Shown piece after piece: positions 9,477-18,734 of a stretch of DNA of 64,000 nucleotides; the first letter of the stretch is position 1, and each line of letters starts with the position of its first letter. Below the pieces are notes generated by a model. It did no database searches and was not told the origin of the DNA. It saw only the letters and a program-made list of their open reading frames with translations. The stretch is from a virus. The position numbers were made by a program, and so were the translations under genes. The stretch lies in the IMG/VR virus record IMGVR_UViG_3300037504_001427, positions 1 to 64,000 of that record; one strand, given 5' to 3'.

Positions 9477-10118
9477 ATGTTCAACGACCCAACTCGTTAC
9501 CCCGGCCACCCTTTCCCTGGCTCCCCCGCCAAGCCGGCTATTGTGCGCGATCGCTCGTCGGCGCGGAATCGGTTGTTCAATCTGCCGGAGACCGCGCCCG
9601 AGCCGGAGAGCGATCGCGAGAAGCAGGCCTTCGCGCTGCTGAAGCAAATGGCCTACTTCCTGGCCACCACCAACTTCACGGTGGCATTGCCGACACACAA
9701 CGAGCCGCATTTCTGGTCCCGGCCCATCGATCTGAGCAACACCGTCACAATCGCCGCGGCGGTGAGTCCGACATGGACCACCATAGTGGAATACGAGGTG
9801 CAGGATGGCTCGGCGGCCCGCATCAGCGGCTACGGGGTGACGGCAGAAAGCGGGTACACCTACGATGGCTCGATACTATTTCGCATCGTGGTCGATGATG
9901 CCCCGGTCGGGCTGAGCAACTGGGCCGAACAGCGCGGCAGTGTGGTACAACCGCGTGAAACCTTCATCAATCTGCCCAAGGTCGGGCAGACGGTGAAATT
10001 CCAGGCGCGTCGCGCCGTCCTCGCCGCCAGCCCCACTGATGTCACGGCCGCCTTGGTCGGGTGGACCTACCGTCCGCTACGGCGCATGGACGGTCCCGCG
10101 AATTCCACGCCGCAATGA
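9477..10118 (+). CDS. putative jelly-roll minor capsid/vertex protein
   Basis: Beta-rich C-terminal domain (YEVQDG..ARI...GSILFRIVVDDAPV...GSVVQP...LVGWTY). Confidence 0.45.
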   Translation: MFNDPTRYPGHPFPGSPAKPAIVRDRSSARNRLFNLPETAPEPESDREKQAFALLKQMAYFLATTNFTVALPTHNEPHFWSRPIDLSNTVTIAAAVSPTWTTIVEYEVQDGSAARISGYGVTAESGYTYDGSILFRIVVDDAPVGLSNWAEQRGSVVQPRETFINLPKVGQTVKFQARRAVLAASPTDVTAALVGWTYRPLRRMDGPANSTPQ

Positions 10119-10405
10119 AGTCCTACCCCGCCATGTCCTACGCCGCCGCCCACCGCTGGGAACCAGAGGCGGCGCGCCGCGGTGTCTCCAAGGTCGCGCG
10201 CGGCCGCGGCGGCTTCATGCGAGCATACCAAAAGGCCGGGCGTTTTTCGAAGCTGTCGGACGAATGGAAGCGCAAGCGGGCCGGATTCATCGCGCGCCAC
10301 TTGGCACAGGCCAAAGGCGAACGGCTGTGGAAAAACGGCGAGCCCAGCAGGCGCGCGCTTGCCCTCATCATGTGGGCCTATATGCCGAGGAAGCGCCGCC
10401 GTTGA
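10115..10405 (+). CDS. basic hypothetical virion-module protein
   Basis: ATGA overlap; GFIARH...RALALIMWAY. Confidence 0.6.
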   Translation: MKSYPAMSYAAAHRWEPEAARRGVSKVARGRGGFMRAYQKAGRFSKLSDEWKRKRAGFIARHLAQAKGERLWKNGEPSRRALALIMWAYMPRKRRR

Positions 10406-10435
10406 GATTCTGCTGGAGGTTGGTATCCTCTCAGC

Positions 10436-10690
10436 ATGAACGCTGACGAACTCCGCCAAATGTTCGAGCGCCCCGCAGGCCGCAGCGAGAGGTCTGTCGC
10501 TGTGCAGCCGCAGACGGTCAAGACACAACCGCCGGTCAAGCCGCAGCGGGCGCCGCCCCCTCCCCCAGAGGCCGACCTCATCGAGAGCGAGCCTCTGCAG
10601 CAAGAAGAGGCTCGCCAAGGCCCTCCGTGGCCATGGATGCTGCTCGGCGCGGGCATCGTGCTCTGGATACTCTGGTCGTCAAAGCGATGA
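10436..10690 (+). CDS. membrane protein with C-terminal TM helix
   Basis: Ends WPWMLLGAGIVLWILWSSKR. Confidence 0.7.
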   Translation: MNADELRQMFERPAGRSERSVAVQPQTVKTQPPVKPQRAPPPPPEADLIESEPLQQEEARQGPPWPWMLLGAGIVLWILWSSKR

Positions 10691-11856
10691 CCTTCCCTGT
10701 CCGCTGCACGCTGGGTGCCACTGACGTTCCGTGGTTCATCCCCGAAGAGCAGCGGGAGGCATGGCTCGCGCTTCCTGCAAAGGAGAAGCAGCGACGGATC
10801 GCGACGCAGGCTGCGATGCTCACCAGCTATGGGGAACAGATAATCGCGGCCATGCAAAAAGGCGGACGTGCCCAGAAGTGGGCCAAGAAGCAGGCCAAGC
10901 GTATCCAAGAGCGTGTCATGCGCGAAGCAATCAACACGGCCATCGTGCAGATCGTGGTGCACCTGGTTCTCAGCGCCACGGTCATCGGTTCGATCATCTC
11001 CGTTGGTCTGAGCGCGTACCAATCCTACAAAATGGAGAAGATCAAGAAAAAGATCAAGCAAGAGACCAAAGAAGCTGTGCGGTACCTGACAGAGTACCAG
11101 GAGCAGCGGCAAGCGGACCTCTACAAAGCATTGAGCAAAGCCTACCAGCGCGCCTACCCGGCGGCCATCCGCTTGGCCTTGAGCACCGAGCCAGTACCTG
11201 AAGATGCGGTCGAGGAATTCCGCGAGAAGATGAAAGAGGCCGCGCGTCCGGTATCCACCCGCGGACTATCCGGCTGGGCCAGCGGCTTCAAGAAGGTGAT
11301 CAATAAGGCCAAGCAGGCCGGAAAAGGTATTGCCCGCGGGGCAAAGAAGGTCTTCCGCTCCTCCTCGGGCTACGACCAGACAAAAAACGTCACCGACAGC
11401 GTCAATGAGCGCATCAAGCAGATCGTTCCCGAGGGAATCTACGAAGGCCTCGAGCAGTTCGTCAACCCGGCGGAGCACGCCTCGGGTTTCGTAGACCGTA
11501 TGACCGGCGAGGAAGTCTACCAGGCTGCGAGTGCCGAAATCAAGAAGCTGCGCGAAGGCCTCAAGAAACGCATCGACGCCAGTTACGAGCCTCTCCTAGC
11601 GGCCATCCGTAGCGAGGAATTCGATGCGATCATGGCGCGCATGGTGGCGAGTTACATCCGCAGCATGCCGGAGTTCCAGATCGTGCTGCAGGAATACATC
11701 CCGCCTCCGTCTGACTACGAGAAGGCTGTGCAAGACCCTGAATCCCCCGCCTACGACCCCGCCATCGCAGCGCTGTTTGCGAAATACCAAATCCCCCTTA
11801 TCATCGGCGCCGCAGCACTCTTCGGTGTTGCGCTGCTATGGAGAGCGCGCAAATGA
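10687..11856 (+). CDS. virion membrane protein
   Basis: Internal hydrophobic segment plus C-terminal TM and basic tail. Confidence 0.7.
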   Translation: MTFPVRCTLGATDVPWFIPEEQREAWLALPAKEKQRRIATQAAMLTSYGEQIIAAMQKGGRAQKWAKKQAKRIQERVMREAINTAIVQIVVHLVLSATVIGSIISVGLSAYQSYKMEKIKKKIKQETKEAVRYLTEYQEQRQADLYKALSKAYQRAYPAAIRLALSTEPVPEDAVEEFREKMKEAARPVSTRGLSGWASGFKKVINKAKQAGKGIARGAKKVFRSSSGYDQTKNVTDSVNERIKQIVPEGIYEGLEQFVNPAEHASGFVDRMTGEEVYQAASAEIKKLREGLKKRIDASYEPLLAAIRSEEFDAIMARMVASYIRSMPEFQIVLQEYIPPPSDYEKAVQDPESPAYDPAIAALFAKYQIPLIIGAAALFGVALLWRARK

Positions 11857-12776
11857 CTGCATTTCCCATCGTGTCCCGGACAGTCCTGCGAGGTGGCTCA
11901 GCCTACGTCCTCGGCGATCTCACGGCGGAGATCGCCTCCTCTCGTGCCCGCTCTTATGTTGCGAAGGGGAAGATCCTTCCGGGAGTACAGAAAGAGATCC
12001 AGGAGCAGGAGAAGCAGATTCGCCGGGCGGAGCACCTGATCCAGCAACTGCGCTCCTCGGGCTGGGTCCGCGTGGATGGCAAGAAACGGACTAGGGTCGT
12101 CGTGGATGGCATAAAATATAGCCGACACGGCATACTGGGGTACTACGGCACAGGGCGTCGTGGTTGGAGCAGCAACGGACAGGGAAGGCGCAGACTAAAG
12201 GACGATCTCAACAAAAAGATCGCCGTGCTGCGCAAGCGAATCGCACTCCTAAAGAAGAAAGAGGCCCCAGACAAGGCCTTCGCCGGCGAAACCATCTGGA
12301 ATGTGGTGCATAAGGGAAACTACAAGGGCTGGCGCACAGACCTGCAGAGCAAGCTCGGAAAGACGCATGATCTCTCCGCCGTGCTGCAAGCTGCCTCAGA
12401 GATGAAAGCCATGAGCGACTCGCTCAAAGCGCAGGAGAAAGAGGCCGCGCTGCAGACCATCGAGGACCAGCGGCAAGCCGATGCCGAGCGTGCAATGGAA
12501 GAATTGAGGGAGGAGGCCGCGCTGCAGGCCATCGTGGCGCAGCAGAGGCAGCAGCAACCTCATATCCCCTCCCCGGAAGAGCGGGCCTGGCAGCAGTCGC
12601 TCATCAAGAATGCGGCGGCCACGGTGCGCAAGCCGCAGCAATCTCCTCGCGGTCCACAGCCGGCCGCAGTACGCAAGCCGCCGCAAACACCTGCCGTACC
12701 GTGGGCAAAATACAAGACACCGATCCTACTGGGCGCTGCGGCAACCCTCGTCGGAGCTTTCTTGTTGCTCAAGTGA
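11853..12776 (+). CDS. coiled-coil membrane-anchored protein
   Basis: C-terminal ILLGAAATLVGAFLLLK; ATGA overlap. Confidence 0.7.
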   Translation: MTAFPIVSRTVLRGGSAYVLGDLTAEIASSRARSYVAKGKILPGVQKEIQEQEKQIRRAEHLIQQLRSSGWVRVDGKKRTRVVVDGIKYSRHGILGYYGTGRRGWSSNGQGRRRLKDDLNKKIAVLRKRIALLKKKEAPDKAFAGETIWNVVHKGNYKGWRTDLQSKLGKTHDLSAVLQAASEMKAMSDSLKAQEKEAALQTIEDQRQADAERAMEELREEAALQAIVAQQRQQQPHIPSPEERAWQQSLIKNAAATVRKPQQSPRGPQPAAVRKPPQTPAVPWAKYKTPILLGAAATLVGAFLLLK

Positions 12777-12815
12777 TATGTCGCCTTAGCGTGCAGACAT
12801 CCGAGGAGTAGTAAC

Positions 12816-13325
12816 ATGCCGATTCATCTCATCGTCGCCCAAGTAGCGGGCAATCGCCCAACATTCGCCACACGCTGCGGACTGCATGTGCACCCCAACG
12901 CCAACGTGCCTGCTCAGCAGGTAATTGGCAAGCCCACGCGGGTCGGCGTCGGAGACGAACCGTGCCCAGACTGCTTCCCTCCCAGCAATGCCGCAGACCA
13001 GCGGGCTGTCGCGCCTACCTATGACGAGAAGGGCCAGGCATGGGGCGCCGCCTACGAAGAGCCAATGACCGACAACGCCGGCAGGCGCATCGCAAAAACG
13101 GTGAATGATGTCGTGGTCAATAAAACGGAGATCGAGGAAGGCGGGATGGGCCAAGACTACATCGATGATCCCTACGGTGCCTCCTACGAACTCCAGCGGG
13201 CCGAGCGAGCAGGACAAGAGGCCGCACGTTCCGGCAAGACACGCGCTTCGTGTCCCATCGCGAAGGACTGTCCCGTGCGTCGTGCGTGGCTCATAGGCTT
13301 CGACAAGATGCAGCGGCTCCTCTGA
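12816..13325 (+). CDS. protein with N-terminal Cys motif and C-terminal Rmf/CrpP-like domain
   Basis: RAERAGQEAARSGKTRASCP...RRAWLIGF resembles ribosome modulation factor; RBS gaggag. Confidence 0.55.
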   Translation: MPIHLIVAQVAGNRPTFATRCGLHVHPNANVPAQQVIGKPTRVGVGDEPCPDCFPPSNAADQRAVAPTYDEKGQAWGAAYEEPMTDNAGRRIAKTVNDVVVNKTEIEEGGMGQDYIDDPYGASYELQRAERAGQEAARSGKTRASCPIAKDCPVRRAWLIGFDKMQRLL

Positions 13326-13340
13326 CGCGGAGGTGCGCCT

Positions 13341-13610
13341 ATGAGTTGGACCCGATGGCTCGCTGGCGGCACAACACGCTCGGCCAGCGTCGCGTTTATG
13401 AAGCGGCTCCAGGCTATCGTTCCCGCGCATATCGGCGTTGAGCTGGAATGCGCAGGAAACTCAGTGTGCATCACCTGGCATTATATCCTCAACGGGCAGC
13501 CCCGCACCTATGTGCACCAGACGGTGCTGGAACGTCTGGACCACGACCTGAGCCTCCTGGAAAAAGAACTGCCCGCACGGCTCCTCCAGATGCGTCTTGA
13601 GGACGTGTAG
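13341..13610 (+). CDS. hypothetical protein
   Basis: RBS ggagg, 89 aa. Confidence 0.6.
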   Translation: MSWTRWLAGGTTRSASVAFMKRLQAIVPAHIGVELECAGNSVCITWHYILNGQPRTYVHQTVLERLDHDLSLLEKELPARLLQMRLEDV

Positions 13611-13666
13611 CCGGTTCTATTGCTCTGCTGTCTCTTCTGCGTATCATAGACGCAGGAGGATCCGGC

Positions 13667-14278
13667 ATGGGTTATCTGGGCACAGAACTAGGCACGGAGC
13701 TAGACTCAGCCGTTAAGCGCCTGCGACACATCAATAAGGGGGCCATCTACCGCGAGGTGCTGCAGATGTCCCCGCAAGAACGTGTGGCCTATCGCAAACG
13801 CCTGCTTGCGATGTATGCAACTCTGCCTCCAGCCAAAAAACAGCAGTTCAAGGCGCTTCTGAATCGCGTGCGCAGAGACTGGGATGCCCGGAGTACAGGC
13901 CTCGGCAGCGGGGCCAGCACTGTCGCCACCATCGCGCAATTGGCCGTGACCGTCGGCACCCTCTACATCGGATACAAGCAATACGAGGACGAGAAGAAGT
14001 TTCGGAAAGAAGAGGCGAAGCGCAAGAAAGAGATGCTGGAAAAGCAGCTCAAAGCCGAAGAAAAAGAACGGAAACGAAAAGCCGCTCTGGAAAAGCAGCG
14101 CTTGGCGATGCTTGAAAAACAACTCAACCAAGAGCAGGCGCAGAGCGCCTCCAGCGCGCAGGCCGCGTCTGGTATTACCGCGACCACGGGGTTGTCCTCG
14201 ACGACGCTGCTGATACTCGGCGGGGTCGGCCTCGCGGGCTTGGGCGCCGTCTTCCTGCTCACAGGTAAGCGCCGATGA
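13667..14278 (+). CDS. membrane-anchored coiled-coil virion protein
   Basis: TGLGSG motif, charged coil, C-terminal TM followed by KRR. Confidence 0.7.
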   Translation: MGYLGTELGTELDSAVKRLRHINKGAIYREVLQMSPQERVAYRKRLLAMYATLPPAKKQQFKALLNRVRRDWDARSTGLGSGASTVATIAQLAVTVGTLYIGYKQYEDEKKFRKEEAKRKKEMLEKQLKAEEKERKRKAALEKQRLAMLEKQLNQEQAQSASSAQAASGITATTGLSSTTLLILGGVGLAGLGAVFLLTGKRR

Positions 14279-14523
14279 CCAAGATGCGTCCGGTGCTGTA
14301 CCAAAACAGCAACCCGCTCTTCTCTTTCGCCATTCCTGCGCGAGACGTGGTAGACGTGCGCAGGACACGGCGGCCTGTGGCTTCGCGGCGGGTGGTGCGC
14401 ATCCCGGCCGGTAGATATCGGCACCCGCAGCTTGGAGAAGCAAAAGCCCTTCAATACTCGACTGCGGCAGGTATCATTGCCGCAGCAGTCACCCTCTTCT
14501 GCCTGACAAGGACCACACGATGA
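14275..14523 (+). CDS. small membrane protein
   Basis: ATGA-coupled; C-terminal hydrophobic segment. Confidence 0.55.
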   Translation: MTKMRPVLYQNSNPLFSFAIPARDVVDVRRTRRPVASRRVVRIPAGRYRHPQLGEAKALQYSTAAGIIAAAVTLFCLTRTTR

Positions 14524-14825
14524 GATACAAGCACCCCAGCGGCAAGATCTACACATCCAAGCAGATGAAGCGGATGTTCCGCGGCAAACTGCCCTCGCCC
14601 GCCACCCGCAGACTGCTCGGCTACACCGATGTCAAAGAGTCGGCCAAGCCCAAGACGGCCAAGTCCAAGACGGCCAAGTCCAAGCGCAATCCGACATGCG
14701 GCGCCAAGCGCAACCCGCCGCTGACGCCGGCCCAGAAAAGGGCCCTGCACAACGCCTCGATCTGCAAAGCCCTCTCCGGCAACACCAAGCGCAGCCTGAA
14801 AGCGATCATCAAGAAGCACCGATGA
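14520..14825 (+). CDS. Lys-rich basic (core-like) protein
   Basis: KRNP twice; ATGA-coupled. Confidence 0.6.
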   Translation: MRYKHPSGKIYTSKQMKRMFRGKLPSPATRRLLGYTDVKESAKPKTAKSKTAKSKRNPTCGAKRNPPLTPAQKRALHNASICKALSGNTKRSLKAIIKKHR

Positions 14826-16480
14826 CCAACGGGAACATCAACATCCAGCGTTCTCCTCTGCCGCCAGGCGAGGCCGGCGTCGACCGCACCATCTCCAAGA
14901 TGGTCGAGTTGGCAAGGGGGCACTATGGCGCCAAAAACCCCAAGGTTCGGGCGCTAGCGCTGGATGTCGTCCGCAGGCGTGCCGCGGAGAAGGATTACCG
15001 CGGGGAAGCCATCGCCCTCTTCAACTATGTGCGCGACAACATCCGATATCTCCGCGATCCGATCGATCAGGAAACGGTCAGCGCCCCGGAAGAGACGGCG
15101 TTCAATTCGCGGGCGGGCGATTGTGACGATCAGGTCACACTCCTCATGGCGCTCCTCGGCTCGATCGGTATCCCGTCCTATCCGGTTGTGGTCGGAAAAA
15201 CCCGCGGGCACTACTCACACGTCTATCTTCGGGCCGTCATCCCTCCGGCCGGCGAAGTAATCGCCATGGATCCCATCATGCGAGGGTGGCCTGCAGGCCG
15301 CGAGGCAAAGCTGCCTGCGGTCAAAGCCTACTCGCACTACGCAGCAGGAGTCCCTATGAACATCGACGGCTTGGGCGATTACAAGACGGGGCCGAGCTAC
15401 CTCGACACCGAAAACAGCCATGCTGCAGAACTGCTGAAGACGCAGCGCACGCCATCACGTCCGGTCATTCAGGGCAGTCAGGTGGACGGTCTCGGCTCCA
15501 ACGAAGCCTCAGTCGAGGCCGAAGGATTCGACACCTACGCCGGGCAGCCGGGGTCGTTCACCACGGCCAAGCAGGACCAGTTCGGTCGCAATGACCTGCA
15601 GTCGCCTCCCATCATACCGGCCGAAAACCTCGGCCCCCTCGGTCCCATGACCAGTCGTGGGGAACGTCTTATGTCCGCCGAGCTGCCTGTGCGCAGGGAC
15701 CAGCGGGTTCCGGTGTGGGGTGCGGGCGTACCTCGAGGACAACTCCGCAAGCGTAACCCGCAGGTGACCGTGCCGGGCATGCGGCAAGCGCACAATCGTC
15801 GGGCCTTTGCGCCCCTGAGCCGCTCTCCCGAGCAGGAGGCGGCAGAACTCGACGGCATTGGCGCCTGCCTAGCCGACTTGGCATACCAGTGCTCGGGAAT
15901 GGGCGCTGACGTGTCGAAAAAGCAGCAGGACAAAGCCCGTGGTGTCGGCGTCCTCACCAAGATCAAGGAGCAGTTGACCCGACTGTTCGCTGCGCGTGCG
16001 CAGAAGTACGAGCAGCAGGCCGCAGCCCACGGTGTTTCTCCGGGCCTGCGTGGGCGACTGCGTTCCCTCACGGCACAGGCGCGAGCGCTGGCACAGAAGG
16101 CCGCCTCCCTCGCGAAGACGGCCGAATCAATCTGCACTTCCCTGAACGTGAAACCGGCGCCTCTCAGCGAAGAAGAGGTCCGCGTTGTGCACGAGATCGA
16201 GGCGCAAGAAACGCCTGTGGGGAAGGGTGCACAGAAGCGCAAGGCCGAAGAAAAGATCGCAAAAACCGCGGACGTGACGAAAGTCGCCATCGAGCCCGGC
16301 CCTCGCCTCCACTACAAGGGCACGGTCAATCGGGTCACCGACCCAAACACGCGCTCCATCACGCCTGCGCCTGCGCACACCGTGTCTGGCCTGCAGGAAA
16401 CCGTCGGCAACCCCTACATCTTCATCCCAGGCGCCCTGCTGCTGGGATACATGGGCTACGCCCTCTTCAAAGGTGCCTAG
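14822..16480 (+). CDS. transglutaminase-like cysteine protease with long tail and C-terminal TM
   Basis: VRDNIRY.RDP...GDCDD...SHVY...AMDP (Cys-His-Asp triad). Confidence 0.8.
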   Translation: MTNGNINIQRSPLPPGEAGVDRTISKMVELARGHYGAKNPKVRALALDVVRRRAAEKDYRGEAIALFNYVRDNIRYLRDPIDQETVSAPEETAFNSRAGDCDDQVTLLMALLGSIGIPSYPVVVGKTRGHYSHVYLRAVIPPAGEVIAMDPIMRGWPAGREAKLPAVKAYSHYAAGVPMNIDGLGDYKTGPSYLDTENSHAAELLKTQRTPSRPVIQGSQVDGLGSNEASVEAEGFDTYAGQPGSFTTAKQDQFGRNDLQSPPIIPAENLGPLGPMTSRGERLMSAELPVRRDQRVPVWGAGVPRGQLRKRNPQVTVPGMRQAHNRRAFAPLSRSPEQEAAELDGIGACLADLAYQCSGMGADVSKKQQDKARGVGVLTKIKEQLTRLFAARAQKYEQQAAAHGVSPGLRGRLRSLTAQARALAQKAASLAKTAESICTSLNVKPAPLSEEEVRVVHEIEAQETPVGKGAQKRKAEEKIAKTADVTKVAIEPGPRLHYKGTVNRVTDPNTRSITPAPAHTVSGLQETVGNPYIFIPGALLLGYMGYALFKGA

Positions 16481-16481
16481 C

Positions 16482-16511
16482 TTGACAAACACTACCCCAA
16501 CGCCCCATAAT
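16482..16511 (+). promoter_or_regulatory. sigma70-type promoter
   Basis: TTGACA-18 nt-CATAAT in an intergenic gap. Confidence 0.6.
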
Positions 16512-16615
16512 GCGGCCATGATGTCTGGAGCGAGACATCAACGGTGCTCTGGGCATCCTGCTCAGAGCTTTCACCCACTGCTCCTAGTGAGCTAAATAGG
16601 ATCGGAGGCTGGCAC

Positions 16616-17257
16616 ATGGCAGTCATTCCCATCGCGCACCAAGTCGCCCGGCCGATGTCCAAGCCCGTCGTGCAGACAGCGGTCACCCCACATCCGGTGG
16701 ATCTCCGGCCGGCTGGGAACACTGTCGCGCTGACCGCGCCCTCGGACAACCCGTTCGATCAGAATCGCCCGATCACGGTCAAGACGCAGGCATCCGGAGG
16801 CGGCTCGGTCGCACCGAACGGTTCCCGTTCGCTGATGACCAAGCACATCCCAGGCGTGGGCGAATCGCCGAACGCCGTGAACCAGGGCGTACCGTTCGCT
16901 CTCGGCGAAGAGGAGGAAGAGGGCCCGACCTGGGTGACGGCTGTGCAGGCCATCACCGGGGCTGCATCGCAGGTCCTGACCTCCAGCGATCAAGCCAAGA
17001 TCGAGGCCGCCCGCGCACGCGCGGAGGCGGCCCGCGCTGAGGCCGCCGGGGAAGAGGCGCGCGCTGCCGAGGCGCGTGCGCGGGCAAACGCCCTGATGCC
17101 CTCCTACAACACCGCGGTGCGCGGCACCAGCTATGGGCTCTGGGCCGTCGGTCTGGGTCTTCTCGGGGTCGTCGGGTACTTCATGTACCAGAATTCCAAG
17201 AAGAAGGGCGTCGGCCTGACGGGCCGCAAGCGCCGGAGTCGGAGTCGCAGACGATGA
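16616..17257 (+). CDS. membrane-anchored virion protein
   Basis: RBS ggagg; C-terminal TM and Arg-rich tail. Confidence 0.7.
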   Translation: MAVIPIAHQVARPMSKPVVQTAVTPHPVDLRPAGNTVALTAPSDNPFDQNRPITVKTQASGGGSVAPNGSRSLMTKHIPGVGESPNAVNQGVPFALGEEEEEGPTWVTAVQAITGAASQVLTSSDQAKIEAARARAEAARAEAAGEEARAAEARARANALMPSYNTAVRGTSYGLWAVGLGLLGVVGYFMYQNSKKKGVGLTGRKRRSRSRRR

Positions 17258-17775
17258 AATTCCTCAGTCCTTCCCCTGCGTCTGGGGCCTTCCTTCGTCG
17301 GCGCCATGCTCGCGCCATTCCGATGCGACAGCCGGTGGTTCGCATGTCGAAGCCCGCCGTGTGGCCGCTCACCAGGAACGCCGTGGGGCGCATCCGCGTC
17401 TGTCGTCCCGCCCCAGAAAGCGGCAACGAAGTGAACGGCCTCGGAGAAGCCGAGGAAGCCGCGCCGGCCGAGTGGTCTGTCGCCGTCAGCGAAGGGGCAA
17501 AGGGCCTGTTCAACACCTGGATGAACTACGAACAGACCAAGGACGCCCGCAAACAGGCGGAATATGATGCCAGAGAAGCGGAGCGTATCGCCGCCCATCA
17601 GCGTGAGCTGGCGCGCCAAGAAAGCAGCATCAGCCAGCAGGCAGAATTGCTGGCCTTGCGTCTGCAGGAGCAGCGCCAGGCCAAAAAGGGCACCGTCCCC
17701 GGTGGCAGCATGTTGCTTCCGCTCGGAATCGGAGCCGGTATCCTCGCCCTCTCGGCATTCTACTTCCTCAGGTGA
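17254..17775 (+). CDS. membrane-anchored virion protein
   Basis: NGLGE motif, coiled coil, C-terminal TM. Confidence 0.7.
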   Translation: MKFLSPSPASGAFLRRRHARAIPMRQPVVRMSKPAVWPLTRNAVGRIRVCRPAPESGNEVNGLGEAEEAAPAEWSVAVSEGAKGLFNTWMNYEQTKDARKQAEYDAREAERIAAHQRELARQESSISQQAELLALRLQEQRQAKKGTVPGGSMLLPLGIGAGILALSAFYFLR

Positions 17776-17781
17776 CCAACC

Positions 17782-18072
17782 ATGCAGCGCGATCTCAGCT
17801 ACGCCCTCGATTCCACGCTCGCCGGCCGTAACCAGGGCCAGCTCGTCAGCCAGCAGGTAGTCCAGACGCGCATGTCGCGTGTCCCTGGCCTGCAGCCTCT
17901 CGCCGCGGGCGCGCCGCGTCCGATGCTGGGGCCTGCCAACCCGGCGGCGGCTGTGTCCGGTCTGGGATTTCTTGATCCCAACAAGATCGACGGCAAGTGG
18001 CTCATGGCCGGCATCGGGCTGGTGGCCCTGATCTGGGTCATCGGTATGAGCGGCGGCAAAAAGAAGCGCTGA
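17782..18072 (+). CDS. small membrane protein
   Basis: SGLGF motif, TM, KKKR tail. Confidence 0.7.
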   Translation: MQRDLSYALDSTLAGRNQGQLVSQQVVQTRMSRVPGLQPLAAGAPRPMLGPANPAAAVSGLGFLDPNKIDGKWLMAGIGLVALIWVIGMSGGKKKR

Positions 18073-18617
18073 TGCCAGCGGGCATGCTCCAGCTCGGTAG
18101 GCTGCTCCTGCTGGAGGTACACACCGCCAAAGACGGACTCGTCGTCATCACCCCGAGACAACGAAGTATGCTCGGCCGCGCCATGAAGGGGACGTCCCTC
18201 GCCTGGGGCACTCTCGGCAGAGCGCGCCCTGAGTTGCATGTGTGCCGGATCCTCGGCAAAGCAAAAGCCGGCACCTCCATTCCAGAAACGCTGTCCCAGG
18301 CCCATGAAGAGTTCCATGGGGCATCCCCTACAGCCTTGGTCCGGGCCGAGTGCCCTACCGCTTCGTCGCGCTGTAAGCGCGTCGGCTTGGTCTCGGCGAT
18401 TGGCTATAAGGCCGTAGGAATAACCAGTCCGGTCAAGTCGACCGACAATTGGCGCCACATCTTCGGAGATACGGGACACAGCGGAAACGAAGACCAGCCG
18501 AAATCAAAAATGCCGGAATTGTTGTACGACGGCAAGAGCCTGTTCATTCGCCGGCGGCGCGGAAACACATACACCGTTGCGCTCTATGATGACGGGCACG
18601 CTTGGATCATCGGCTGA
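18072..18617 (+). CDS. hypothetical virion-module protein
   Basis: TGATG overlap; HEEFHG and WRHIFG motifs. Confidence 0.6.
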   Translation: MPAGMLQLGRLLLLEVHTAKDGLVVITPRQRSMLGRAMKGTSLAWGTLGRARPELHVCRILGKAKAGTSIPETLSQAHEEFHGASPTALVRAECPTASSRCKRVGLVSAIGYKAVGITSPVKSTDNWRHIFGDTGHSGNEDQPKSKMPELLYDGKSLFIRRRRGNTYTVALYDDGHAWIIG

Positions 18618-18734
18618 AAAACATTTGCCGCTAAAAGACGGCTGACTATACTGCCCTCAACGCATGCGAGCCTCCCTTCGGGTAGACGGCACGCAGTGTA
18701 CTAATCCACCCAGCAAGAAGAAAGAGGGACCACC

